The notes under the pieces: generated by a model
Told to the model about the DNA's origin: nothing
What the model saw: the letters and a program-made list of their open reading frames with translations, nothing else
The model's database searches: none
Made by a program: the position numbers and the translations under genes
DNA from: Laetmonice hystrix
Taxonomy: Eukaryota
Length of the DNA: 64,000 nt
Direction of reading: 5' to 3'
NCBI GenBank assembly: GCA_965235115.1
Contig: OZ249437.1
Location: 19,716,001-19,780,000 of the forward strand
Shown: positions 52,140 through 64,000 of the stretch, in pieces
How the letters are laid out: the number at the start of each line of letters is the position of its first letter
How positions within the stretch are numbered: the stretch's first letter is position 1

Positions 52140-53815
52140 GTAAGTATTTTTACAACTTTTGGAAGAGTCTTCTCTCGGAGTCAGGTGTGTTAGATAAAAA
52201 TCCATGTCTCAATGTTCAATAGAACGAGTCGCCGTAGAAGCTGAGAAAGAGCTATCGTAGTTGGAAATACCCGGTACATGCGATCAGTTACCTATAGAAG
52301 CTTGTATGGATTAGTGAAACATACTATATTCACAAATACACAAATAGGTTGATAGACATCGTGGCCAAAGGCTGGGAAACACAGAAAATGTCTTCTCTTT
52401 CAGAATACAGCATAAAAACATTTACACTGATTATTAGGGAGATTTCAACTGATTTAAGGTGAACCTTTTTGTGGGTTATTAAAAAAAGGAAAGAAACAAA
52501 CAAACTCAAAACAAGATAGCAGTGTAGAACGTCGGAAAACTCAATCTGATAACGACCTTCGATTCTACAGGCAGATTATCATTGTCCATGCATCCACGTT
52601 ATATCACTTGTGATAAATTCAAGTTCACATTACTGAAAATGTTTAACCGGTCCCACGTTAATTGTAAAATCTCCCTTCATTGAGGAACATGAATTGTTTC
52701 GTCTAATTTACCGGTCCCACGTTGTAAAATCTCCCTTCATTGAGGAACATGAATTTCTTTTCCAGCACTAATCAGGTTCTTGGGACGGCCTTGAGGTAGG
52801 CTTAATTCTCGGTACATGATATTTCCCAACATAGTCTTGGCCATTGTTATCATGTTTGCATGGAATTGACTGCCTTAATAAGTTAATTAAAGAGGTGAAG
52901 GTAATATGGGCAAGGAACGCTTCTAGACAGCTCGAACCTGACCCCTCTGGATGAGAACATCAAACCCCCTAACAGTGGAATTTTAAAAGTTTTTGTTTTG
53001 TTTAAAATAACACCGATATAGATTTGTTTTATATAATGATATCCCTCTAATGACCTTCAACATCAACGGTTCTTATCCAATAGGGTCAAATATTCCAAAT
53101 GCATTGCTAGTACATCAGCCTTAGCTCTAAGTTAAGATATACATTTTATCAAACTTCAGTTTGATCAAATTTGCATTATAAAATCTAAAAGGAGTGGTTT
53201 TATTCCTGAAATTATAAATGATAATTTCCTAACTGTGTGGGGCAGGACAATATATTTACGTGTTGAGTTTCTAACACGCGCATTTATAACCTAATTACAG
53301 CAGTTCATATTTTATTACATGCAAATGAACATAAACAATACAAATATCCTAATAATTAATATCTAACGCTAATAGAGAGTTGTAGGTGGTGAGGTTATGT
53401 TCGTTACTATACCCATCGTGCACGAGATCATGTTGAGGATACGTATATTCATTTCTAATCCTCTTTTCTTTCCAATGTCTTCCTCTCAGAGAAAAATGTG
53501 TTGACGTTTAGAATATTGTGTGTGCGCATGTTTGTCAGAAAGTTATAGTGAATACAAATAATAGAAGTAAAATGATTATTCGGTAACCGGAAACCACGGG
53601 ACACAGCCTTCCTTAGTGAGATTGGCTGGTAGCTGGAACTGTTCAGCTTACACAGATGTGATTGTTGTAAAATTGTCGAATGGAAGAAGTATTAATTTCA
53701 GTATTTTATCTCTGTATCATCAGAAGCAGTAGATTCTAATAGACTACAACTGTTTTGTTTTACATGAACCAATACATTTTGTTAGTAGTATTAGTGTCGG
53801 AAGTGACATACCTTA

Positions 53816-54030
53816 CTTAATCCCCCACTTACCTGTCCTATTCCCGAAGTGGCCGAAAATTGTCTAAGTCCGAAAAGGTTCTACATTGGTCGGGGGTAAC
53901 AACCGATAACAGAACAGCCCTATCAAATCCAGGTTGTGTATCTGTCACATTTTGAATAGGACATGCTGAGCTCTTTTGAAATTTGAAATTTTACGTACTA
54001 GGAAATAGGACAGGTAAGTGTGGGATTAAG
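53816..54030. mobile_element. MITE-like inverted-repeat element
   Basis: CTTAATCCCCCACTTACCTGTCCTATT ... AATAGGACAGGTAAGTGTGGGATTAAG: 27-bp terminal inverted repeat with one mismatch. Confidence 0.7.
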
Positions 54031-55504
54031 ATAGAGACACTGCAGCCCTGTGGGACACTATTATACGTATCGTACGTGGGAGGGGGGTAGTAATTGTCCG
54101 TACACAGTGTCTGGTCATGTTATAGCTATAGTTTCTACAGTAGATTGGTACGTAATCTATCTGGGACTATCCCAGAGAGCAATGTGAGAGACCTACATTT
54201 CCTCATCATTATAGTATCAAGCAAATTCATCTAGATGCAATCACTACAAGAATGAAAGGCACAATGACCTTCATACGTAACGATAGGAGGCTCCGAGCTC
54301 AACCGATAACCCGGGGGACAAATATTATTTGAGAAATACCAAAAGATATCGCAAATCAGATTAGCTGTTTACAAGCCACGTATTTGGTGTCCCCGTTGTC
54401 TGCTGCGAAATCTATTATAGCTTGGTAATACATGTACACTTGTGTGGATGTGTGCAACCATAAACTGTTGTCGGCAAGGCCTCAAACCTTCAGATAGTTG
54501 TCAAAGCGCAGCAGAAACCATGTCCTAACTCCAGTACTCTGTGAACGGCAGACCAGCAGGAATTTCCCAAAAAACATAAGTACAGGGTACAACTTAGGAG
54601 GTGACATTTGCCGAGTGCTATTCCAAAGCGAACGGTGCTGTTAAACCACATATTGACAGCCTTTGAATTAAAGGATTTCAGCCGGGACTTTTTACATTAG
54701 AACCTTTTCAAGTGCACTACTGATAAATATTTGTACAAAATGTTGTTGTCAATGTTGAAATGCTGCGACTCACAATAGATCCATGACTTTGCATCCAGAC
54801 GATTCGGTGTAATCATATTACATAACATGTGTCTAGTCAATGTGATTTCATATCACGTGGGGATAGATGGAACCCAATTACCAAAAGTCTGTAATGTTAG
54901 ATTTGGTGTATGTCTAGGGCTCCAGCCAGGAAAATTCCAAACATTAGATCTTATCCTTTCATTCTTAGTGAAAATGGGCATACACAGTGGCCTACAGATG
55001 CAAACAATCAGTAACAACTGAAATCCCTTCATATAAAAAGAAAACCATAGGCCTACATAACAAATAACCATGGTGGGGGGGTTTTCAGGGTGGTGGTCAT
55101 TGTGCCTCTTCTTATGTAAATCATTTTTAGAAAGCTACCCTGCTATGCTAAACAAAATCGAAATGATACTCAAAGAAAGTGGGACCCCCCCCCCCTCCAC
55201 GTGTATGACAGGTATAAGGTGGCCCGGGCCACATGAAATGACGAACTTATGGTAAGGTGGCCGGGACCACATGTAATGACGAACCTATGGTAAGGTGGCC
55301 GGGGCCATGACGAACGTATGATATTTCATGAGCCTGCGTTGTTACGTATGAAGAATCCCGTCTGTAGTATCGATTGAAACCTATCATCCTTGGGTTGATG
55401 TGCTAGGGTTGATGTGCTAGGGTTGATGTTCTGAGACATGTATCATTTAGACGGTGAGAGTTCTAACACCCAAGCCGGGTGGTGTAATGACTGTGTTCGA
55501 CATT

Positions 55505-56283
55505 TCTGTCAAGGTTTATGTACTGGGCAGGCATCCAGTGTGAAGTCCAGGCGACCGGCCGTCCTGAGTTCTGTCAAGGTTTATATACTGGGCAGGCATC
55601 CAGTGTGAAGTCCAGGTGACCGGCCGACCTGAGTTCTGTCAAGGTTTATATACTGGGCAGGCATCCAGTGTGAAGTCCAGGCGACCGGCCGTCCTGAGTT
55701 CTGTCAAGGTTTATGTACTGGGCAGGCATCCAGTGTGAAGTCCAGGCGACCGGTCGTCCTGAGTTCTGTCAAGGTTTATGTACTGGGCAGGCATCCAGTG
55801 TGAAGTCCAGGCGACCGGCCGGCCTGAGTTCTGTCAAGGTTTATGTACTGGGCAGGCATCCAGTGTGAAGTCCAGGCGACCGGCCGTCCTGAGTTCTGTC
55901 AAGGTTTATAGACTGGGCAGGCATCCAGTGTGAAGTCCAGGCGACCGGCCGTCCTGAGTTCTGTCAAGGTTTATAGACTGGGCAGGCATCCAGTGTGAAG
56001 TCCAAGCGACCGGCCGTCCTGAGTTCTGACAAGGTTTATGTACTGGGCAGGCATCCAGTGTGAAGTCCAGGCGACCGGCCGTCCTGAGTTCTGTCAAGGT
56101 TTATGTACTGGGCAGGCATCCAGTGTGAAGTCCAGGCGACCGGCCGTCCTGAGTTCTGTCAAGGTTTATAGACTGGGCAGGCATCCAGTGTGAAGTCCAG
56201 GCGACCGGCCGTCCTGAGTTCTGTCAAGGTTTATAGACTGGGAAGGCATCCAGTGTGAAGTCCAGGCGACCGGCCGTCCTGAG
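55505..56283. repeat. 65-bp unit, about 12 copies
   Basis: ctgagttctgtcaaggtttatgtactgggcaggcatccagtgtgaagtccaggcgaccggccgtc. Confidence 0.96.
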
Positions 56284-56589
56284 ATCTGCAGTCTTTTTTC
56301 ATTGGATCTAGGATTATAATATGCTGGTGGTGGTCTCAGGCCGGACATTATCTACTGTCGCTGAGGTACACACTAGGGCCGTCGCCAACTTTATGCCACA
56401 TCTAGACATCAATAACCTCTGTCTGATCACCACCAGTCCATAGAGGAGGATTTGCCATGGTCAGATCTACAGTCAATGTATTATAGATAGACTCTACCAC
56501 CACCATTATGGCGCTCAGTCATATTTTTATCTGTACGTCCAAGGATATTTAGAGAGGCATTATTGGCCCGTTCTCCTGCCTGTGTCAAT

Positions 56590-56640
56590 GCGAGTAAAAG
56601 AACCCATGCCATTTATTGAGAAGAGTAGGGCCTTGGCCCG
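56590..56640 (+). mobile_element. SINE core fragment
   Basis: CGAGTAAAAGAACCCATGCCATTTATTGAGAAGAGTAGGGCC shares the same core motif. Confidence 0.4.
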
Positions 56641-56699
56641 TCGTCTGGCTTTCTCTGGTATCATTTCTTCATCATAAACGGGCAGAAGGAAACATTTAA

Positions 56700-56847
56700 A
56701 GCTGCACTGTCCTCAAATGGAAAAATGGCAAAAGAGATACCCGTCCTATGTTTTGCTGGAGTTTTGCCATTTTTTGTCCTCTATGTGGCTTTGTGGGCCG
56801 AGCAGACACCGTTACAACCGCTCAGTTCTGTTGAGGACAGTGCAGCT
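56700..56847. mobile_element. TTAA-flanked MITE (Kolobok-like)
   Basis: TTAA|AGCTGCACTGTCCTCAA ... TTGAGGACAGTGCAGCT|TTAA: a 17-bp perfect terminal inverted repeat. Confidence 0.8.
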
Positions 56848-57579
56848 TTAAAAGGCGTGTTGCCGCCCTGACAATGGCCAACATAGACCGACCGGACGTG
56901 ACGCCACCATTACACCTACCGCCTGAACTCGATACCATCTGGTAACTTTAGAAGAAAGCAAACACAAAAAAAACTGCATACGTAAAGGTTATTCAACTAG
57001 AACCGAGGGGTGGTTACAGGTGATGACCGATTTGAGCGACAGAGAGAATCGGTACCATCTGCGACCACCCCTGAGGATCGAGTTGAATACCAGACATACA
57101 CCCAAAGAAGATAGTCTGAAAGTGTTTCTGTTAAAATTGTCTAGCATTTTGGGAAATATCGGGTAATTTTTAAGGGGAAACTTGTAGAATATCGAAAAAC
57201 CGTGGAATATCTGCGATATCGGGCCCCATGAAGTGTATCAGAATTTATTATATATGGGTCGTTGTGCAGAATATCGTGGTCTGTGGGAATATCTATTGAG
57301 CTGCACAGTGTTCGAACCAGTGCAATAAAAACACATATTGCACTGTTACGGACTACTTTCATCCGGGCAGAAGATCAGTCTCGTGTCTAAGTGGGCGTAA
57401 CATCAGTTGGGAATAATATCTTATTATCTTAGAACTAATTATCTATATCTAATTATCTTACAAAAAGTAAATTCTATTAAAAGGTAAAAACCTCCCGCAC
57501 CCTAACAATCACATAATTGTATTTCATTTTTTGCTTTCTTTCTTTTCTCTTCTTTTTCTTCTATTTCTTCTTCGTCTTC

Positions 57580-57789
57580 TTCTTCTCTCTTCGAAAGGAC
57601 ATGTGTTCCTCCCAACTGCTGGCAGCTCTTGCAGCTCAAGCTTGGGAACTTCTTCTCTCTTCAAAAGGACATGTGTTCCTCCCAACTGCTGGCAGCTCTT
57701 GCAGCTCAAGCTTGGGAACTTCTTCTCTCTTCGAAAGGACATGTGTTCCTCCCAACTGTTGGCAGCTCTTGCAGCTCAAGCTTGGGAAC
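57580..57789. repeat. 70-bp unit, three copies
   Basis: ttcttctctcttcgaaaggacatgtg...cttgggaac at 57580, 57650 and 57720. Confidence 0.93.
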
Positions 57790-59859
57790 TTGGTTATCAG
57801 TCCAGGAAGTAACAATGTACAGAAGGTAGCTCAGGCAATGTTGTGTAAAAGTGTCAACGTTTGGGATTATTCCAGATAGGCGAGAGATTTCTTTCATTAT
57901 GAATCTAGACTCAGTGGTCGATTGATGTCATTTTGCGAATAGTAAATGTCTTGCTCTGACCCCGGAACAGAATGACCTGTTTGAACTCCGTCAGATTGGA
58001 GGAAACGTATGTTGAGATCGAGAAGTACCGTGTGTTGCGGAAGGGACGACTCGGAACCCATAAACACGGACCCCCATGGTGTAAATTCGTGCGAAATTCT
58101 TCTAGTTGGGGTAGGGTTAGAACTACAGGGGCAGGGATTAGGATACGCCTTGTATGACGGGGGGGGGGGGGGGGGTCTGGAGACCATGCAGATTCCGTGT
58201 TGAGGAATCGCCTGTGTTTGCCGTAGATGTTTTTTAATGAAGCGAAAGTTGTCTTTGATTGGCAGCAGGTAACCAGAACTTTGTGCGTCACGATGACTGA
58301 TGTTGGATAGATCGTAATGATGGAGAGTAAGAAGATTCTGTGGACTGTACAGTAGAGCGTACTTCCTCCATTGATAGGCCTACTGAAGAAACCAGCCTTA
58401 GTCATTGCTCAGCTCAAGGCCTTGTTGAAGGCCGTTCCTGCCCGCTGAAGTAGATTGTTATTGACGTAGAGTCACGGCACAAACTGTGATGCCGGTGAAT
58501 TGTATTGCGAACGTGTAAATGCGGAGAAAATCCGATTTCTGCTATGATTCATGAGGCAAGGGCTGCATAATACAAGCCGTACTGCAGCCCGACTGTCCGC
58601 TGGGTGGACTGGGGCGAACAGCGCGCCGTCTGGCGGCTCACATGGCAACCACCAACAAGGGGTGCAGCCTGGACAGAATCTCAGGCGAGAATTGATTGCA
58701 ATTTCAAAGTGGGGTGTATAAAGAAATAGGTTACATAACTCCACGGACTGGCTGCATCGTAAAAGACTGTCAGAGACGTTTGCAGTTTGATTTTATTATG
58801 GTAATGGTTTTATCTCTTTTTTTCATTTCTTCAACAACATCTGATAGCAGCCTATACTTTAACAATTTCAGCATGCCGCACACACGGTGCCCTCCCAGGT
58901 TCCAAGGCTGAGGAGGGGGTGGGGGCGGCAAAGTAGGGATAAATTACTTACTCCTCACCCAACAGGGGTTGCCGTACATCCCGTGCCATCATTTGGAGTG
59001 ACAGCGGTAAACATAGACCCAAGGTTACACGCAAAGATTGATGCTATATTTTAATGGATATTCCCCCACGGTCGGATTCTGTTGGGGGTAAAAGGGTTAG
59101 GGTTTTGGGGTACAGATATGGAGACGTGTCTTAGAGAGGTCTACGGATCGGGACTAGGGGTTGGAATTAGGGTTTGGGTCAGGAAAAGTGAGATGTTGTA
59201 AAACTGCTAGTAGGCCTATAGGCTATGGGCCTACAGAAGCAGATCCAGGGCTCTTAAGATATTGTAAGAATCCAGGGCAAGAAGCAGAGATACCCAAAGC
59301 TCAGTGTTTAGGGTCAGGAGCAGTGTTTAGGGGCAGGGTTTAGGGTCAGGGATCAGTGTTTTGGGTCAGGAAAAGTGAGATATGGTTATAATCAGCTGTA
59401 GGAAGTTTCTCCAAGTCATTTCTGGCCCGTGAGAAAATAAATTATTTATGTGACTCCTACTTTACTTCTTGATGAGTTTATTTATATTAAGTTTCAGGAT
59501 AGGTTTGTTTGAAAGCAGAGAAAGAATTATCTGAAGAATCTATAAGATGTTGGATTGCGGTGGGTAGATGCCAGTGGAGGAAGATGATACGTACTTAAGT
59601 GCGCCCCCTAGGATCTGAGGGAGGGTATTCTGACATTTACTCTGACCGACCCAGCCTGCAGATTTGAGGTCGATTCTTCCGGTGGACAGAGAAACCTACA
59701 AACGGTGAATGAGGGATCCGCCTTTTTTGATCTATACTCACATGACAATAAGGGTTTCACAGCCTACTGCTGGTAGGCCTAGGCTAGGCCTATACAGAGG
59801 CAGATCCAGGACTCTGCAGTTGAGGGTTAATTGGTGGTGGTGCTGGGAGGGGGGTGGGG

Positions 59860-60024
59860 GTGAATAGTTGGTATTTAACGCCCAGTCAGCAGTATTTCAG
59901 CTGTATCTATAACTGTGAAATTGGTAAAATCCATGGCGTGTGATAAGATGATATGAAGAACCCCGCACACCGGGGCAAACCCCTACCCTTTTCGATAGAT
60001 AGAAGGGATCTTTAACGTGCTCGG
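59860..60024 (-). mobile_element. SINE 3' portion (core plus tail)
   Basis: The - strand reads CACGTTAAAGATCCC...TCGAAAAGGGTAGGGGTTTGCCCCGG...GCTGAAATACTGCTGACTGGGCGTTAAA. The core recurs at about 56590-56640 and 62700-62755. The tail resembles invertebrate SINE tails as I recall them. Confidence 0.55.
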
Positions 60025-62699
60025 GGTGGGGGTGGGGGGTAGGCCTAAGATGCGTTGTTGGTGCACTGGGCCTATACTAGGAGGGGGTGAAGTCATTTTC
60101 CATAGGAAAAGTTAATTTTAACAAGTCAAGAACTACAGCCAAATAGGCCTACAGGGTTTGAGACGTCAAAATCTGCTAGGGTATGAAAGTGTGCAATGTT
60201 ACTTGCTCGTTTTAAAGCTTCTTTTACTAGGTATAGCTAGTAGGCCCTAAATTCATATGAGGGCAGGGTACCATGCCTACTTCATTATACTAGCAGGCCT
60301 ATACTTATGTAAGCTAGGGTTCACTAGAAATCCAGTGTTGTGGTTCAAATACTACTAGGCTACTAGGTCGATAACCAGCAGCCTACTAGGTCATAGGCAT
60401 TACTGGGTCGTAAGGTTTGGGGTTATTATGTCGAAGGGGTATCGGGAGAACCCTTAGACTGTCTGTACACAGTAGGCCCCCTACAATGTAGATCTATAGG
60501 CAAGCTTGTTCAGCAGCGGGTAAATCATTAATTAAAGTCAGTGAAGCCTTGGCGTCGGTATGGTACGGACGCAGCGGTCCATGGAGCTGCGTTGACAGCA
60601 TAGACCAATGGCTGACGCTAGCTGGCCTTGGCGACACAGAAAGGGCAGTGCTCTCACGTGCCGTGATGAAGTGCATAGGGACTGACGTCAGAGCTGACCT
60701 GATTGTGGGGGTCAGACGTCATCAAGCATCACCTGTGACCTAGTTCTGACGGCGCGAGGGCCGCGCGGCGCCGTCACCGTGAACTATCGATTATAGTGTG
60801 GCTGGTTGTCTGTATGTGGCGCTGCAGTCTGCTCGGGGAACCATAGTTATCACCGTAAGTACCGGCACCGCACGCTACATATGAATGCATGACTGGGCAC
60901 CTAGTTAAGGCATCTGACCCTAAAACACCACAAATCCATCTCGAGCCGCCACATGGCCACACAACACACTATAGAGATGCTCATACCAGCTGCCATCAGC
61001 TACAACACACGCCTCGACACAATTACATCGGCAGCGGGAGATAGGCCTACAACCGTGTCCACAGAGGATTGGTATAATTTTTTTGTATCTCTCTCAGTCT
61101 GTCGATCCTATATGACCTGCTCGAAGTTAACGGGTGCCTCACATCATCACCAGCTAATCTAAGTCATCACCACTCCACACAGTCTCTCAGTATTATAGTG
61201 GCCTACAAAAGGCGCCCCGCATAGCCCTACATAGAACGCCACCCCGGGCCTGGCTGCCTGTTTCACACCGTGTCGTCTGAGCTCGAACGCCAGTGACCTG
61301 ACATCTAAGTCCAAGGACACAAACCATTGTTACCACTCTGACCCAAACACTGACTCCCTACACGGTACGGTTCGGCCCATAGACCGAGAGAAAAGGAAAC
61401 TCACAAAGACTTGGCCGTCATTAGGCCTATTGCCTGTCATACAAAGAGGGGACTGGGCCGAATGAGTGAAGAAACCCGACGCTTACAATGCGTAACATCG
61501 AGTGAGTTTTCTCAGCTAAAGCCAGCCGTGTTGTTAGGAGCACGACAAGCTGAGACAAATCACTCATGGGACAAGTAGGATATCCCGTGAAGATGTTAAA
61601 TAGTAAACTTCTTCCCTTTGGATTTCATGGCCAATCCAATGGGATAGCGACTGAGTCACATAGTTTTATAGAAGTTTCTTCCTCAAACTTGTGGCTTTAT
61701 CTTCATATCAGTGCATTTGATTTTCCTTAGAGCATCTACTTTTTAATTTCAAAGTTATTCAAAAATAATTGTGATCAAACACAATAACAAAACAGTTCTG
61801 TTTCCAGAATCCATATAAAACAGTAAACCAAACAACAACGGAGGGGGGGGGATTGGGACTTCTGCTGGAATCACTGACACTACAAATTAAACATAAATGT
61901 GAAGTTTTGAATTTAAAAACCTCCTACTGTTACCCTTTTTCTCGTTTCCATACAAACAGTAGTATATGAAAAGGTGTTGGGGAGCAAACCACTAATTACA
62001 AGGTTTAAGTTTGGGCTCCACCATTGTTAACCTGTAAACCCCACAGAAGAGCGATGGCCGTCTGAACTTATGAAACATTCTCGAGATGTCTTTACAAATC
62101 TGGCTTTCAAGGGTGGAAGGAAAGAGACAGTGGTTGTACCCCTTACCCGGTGATTGCCATCTAAGCCACTGTATACCTGCTCGATGACGTCAAAGTTTGC
62201 TTGTTAGTCACTGGGGTCTGACCGTATTTTGCCTGGCATTTACGCAGTTGTATTACCATTCCGTGGAAGGGGTTATCGTATAGAAAACGCATCGTGTGGA
62301 TTTGGTAAGGCCGCTTGCAAGGGCAACCAAACTGGCTTCTGGCATCAGTTTCAAGATCATATGTGTGTTTTACGGACGTATGATACTGAGCAGAGACAGA
62401 AGGTTTGGTCCACAGATATTATTCGTCTGCCATCAGCCCTTTTATACAATGTATAAAGGTGTCCTATATTAGATAACCCCAGTTATTACATTCCGACCAT
62501 TAACTTAAAAAAACACTTTTTCATGTCTGAGGATTGCAAGGTACGCAGACACTCCTGGTGAAATCAAAGGATGGCCGTTAGGTCTAAATCACCTGGGATT
62601 TTGGTTAATCTTGAGGGAGTTCCAAGGCGAGTATGACCTTGTATAGCCCTACATACTCACTTAAACTGGATCAGTCCTTACATCACTATACCAAACCAG

Positions 62700-62755
62700 A
62701 GGGAAAGATCCCTGGGCATCTATCGAAAAGAGTAGGGATTCGCCCCGATGCCGGG
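62700..62755 (+). mobile_element. SINE core fragment
   Basis: AAAGATCCCTGGGCATCTATCGAAAAGAGTAGGGATTCGCCCCG aligns with the reverse complement of about 59970-60015. Confidence 0.5.
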
Positions 62756-64000
62756 ATTCCTCCAATGAGCTCATCGTTATCACCCAATGGATATGACCGA
62801 CTGAGTTAGTTACCTTGTTCTCGCCCTGAAATAGCTGAACACCAAGGTCACCGTGCTTCTAACACCAAGATTGTCACACCAAGGTCACCGTCACATCGCT
62901 ACGGTACACACTTTTGAACACACACTGGTGAATCTTCTGGGAAACCATTTTCTTGAATTTGAACAAAGAAAGTGAGTGGGATGCTGCCATTTCTGCTGTC
63001 GTTGTATTTCCAAGAACGCCTCCATTAGGAGCGTTGGTAAATGGAGTTTATGGTCCGGGGCAGAGAAACTCAATCCGGTAGTTTGAGATCGCTAGTGAGT
63101 GTAGCTCAGATTCCTTTCATCTGTGTCCATATTTATATCGGTCACAGCTAGAGTGAATGTGTGTGACCCCTATTTGGGTGTTATTACCGCTTATTGCAGG
63201 TCGGTTATTGGGGTCGGTTCTGGTGGATCTATGGACGGCGAGTTTCATGGCATTCCTTGGACTTTGTCTTTACCGGGTTACAAGATGGTACAATTAAATT
63301 TAATTATCGTAATATTTGAAAACATGATGCTGAAGTATGTGGAATCCATCAAACAGCAAATGGTTTAAACGAATTATTTGTATACACAGAGCTTCCCTGC
63401 CCTATGCATGGTAAAGATTGTCGAGATAATTTCACTAAGATGGCGACGCCTAATTCAAGATCGCATGGAGGCATTTGTAGATCCCAGTACTTGCGAGGTA
63501 TCATGGTATGCCTACATTTCCGATTCCGAATTGAGTGAAGCCAGGAATGTGCAGTAAGTATTACACCAGTGTCATAAACAATACCATCAACCTACCGCTC
63601 ATAAGGCATCCGGTAAGGTTGTCACGTGACCTACCTGCCATAACTGTCCAATGGGAAGCTGCCATTGGCGGTCACGTGGTGTGATGCGGATTGTGCGGTC
63701 CTTCCGGCGGGTATAGGACTGGGACCGTTGGTGGACAGGACTGGGGCCGATCCAGCGGGCGTCAATTTTTCTTTTTACCCTCACACAGATATATCTTTTT
63801 AAAAATATCTCCCCCCGCCACTAGAATCCGCTCCTGGAGCAGGTAGTTAGAGCCGGCCATCGGTTGTGTGCGCACCTCCTGAGGATAGTTGTCAATTACA
63901 GCGGTTTTCAAAGTGTACCCCGCACTCCCCCCCCCCCCCCCCCCCCCCCCGCCCGACCGTTCTCTGGAATGAGTACGTACATGTCCACTCCCGACCAGTG

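Noticed and set aside
57897-58744. - strand ORFs (164 aa and others) with hydrophobic stretches, a possible nested gene or pseudogene
   Set aside because: No recognisable domain, multiple stops across frames and a poly-G interruption. A tBLASTx search would be needed.
52140-64000. Next PDE4 exon (HGEDLIVTPFAQ-type)
   Set aside because: Not found by eye or in the ORF track. It presumably lies beyond the window.

Overview
This is animal (not prokaryotic) genomic DNA, probably from a marine invertebrate and plausibly a lophotrochozoan; that assignment is inferred from the PDE4 sequence style and the repeat types. The window is mostly intron and 5' region of a cAMP-specific phosphodiesterase 4 (PDE4/dunce-type) gene on the + strand. 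One exon is unambiguous: 51960-52139 encodes the FDVENG...[13 protein letters not shown]...[13 protein letters not shown]1 block, including the PKA site. A strong candidate first coding exon at 38278-38654 splices onto it in the correct phase, and several weaker phase-compatible alternatives exist. No downstream PDE4 exon was found in the window. Roughly a quarter of the window is unrelated minisatellite arrays, which explain every long ORF in the track. The rest contains small non-autonomous DNA transposons (TTAA-, TAA- and CWG-flanked), SINE remnants, two N runs, and several CRE-like and CTCF-like motifs. I found no CRISPR array, rRNA, intact tRNA or intact transposase. I could not support a wholly novel system. 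The most interesting signal is a possible multi-promoter, CRE-associated 5' architecture of an invertebrate PDE4.
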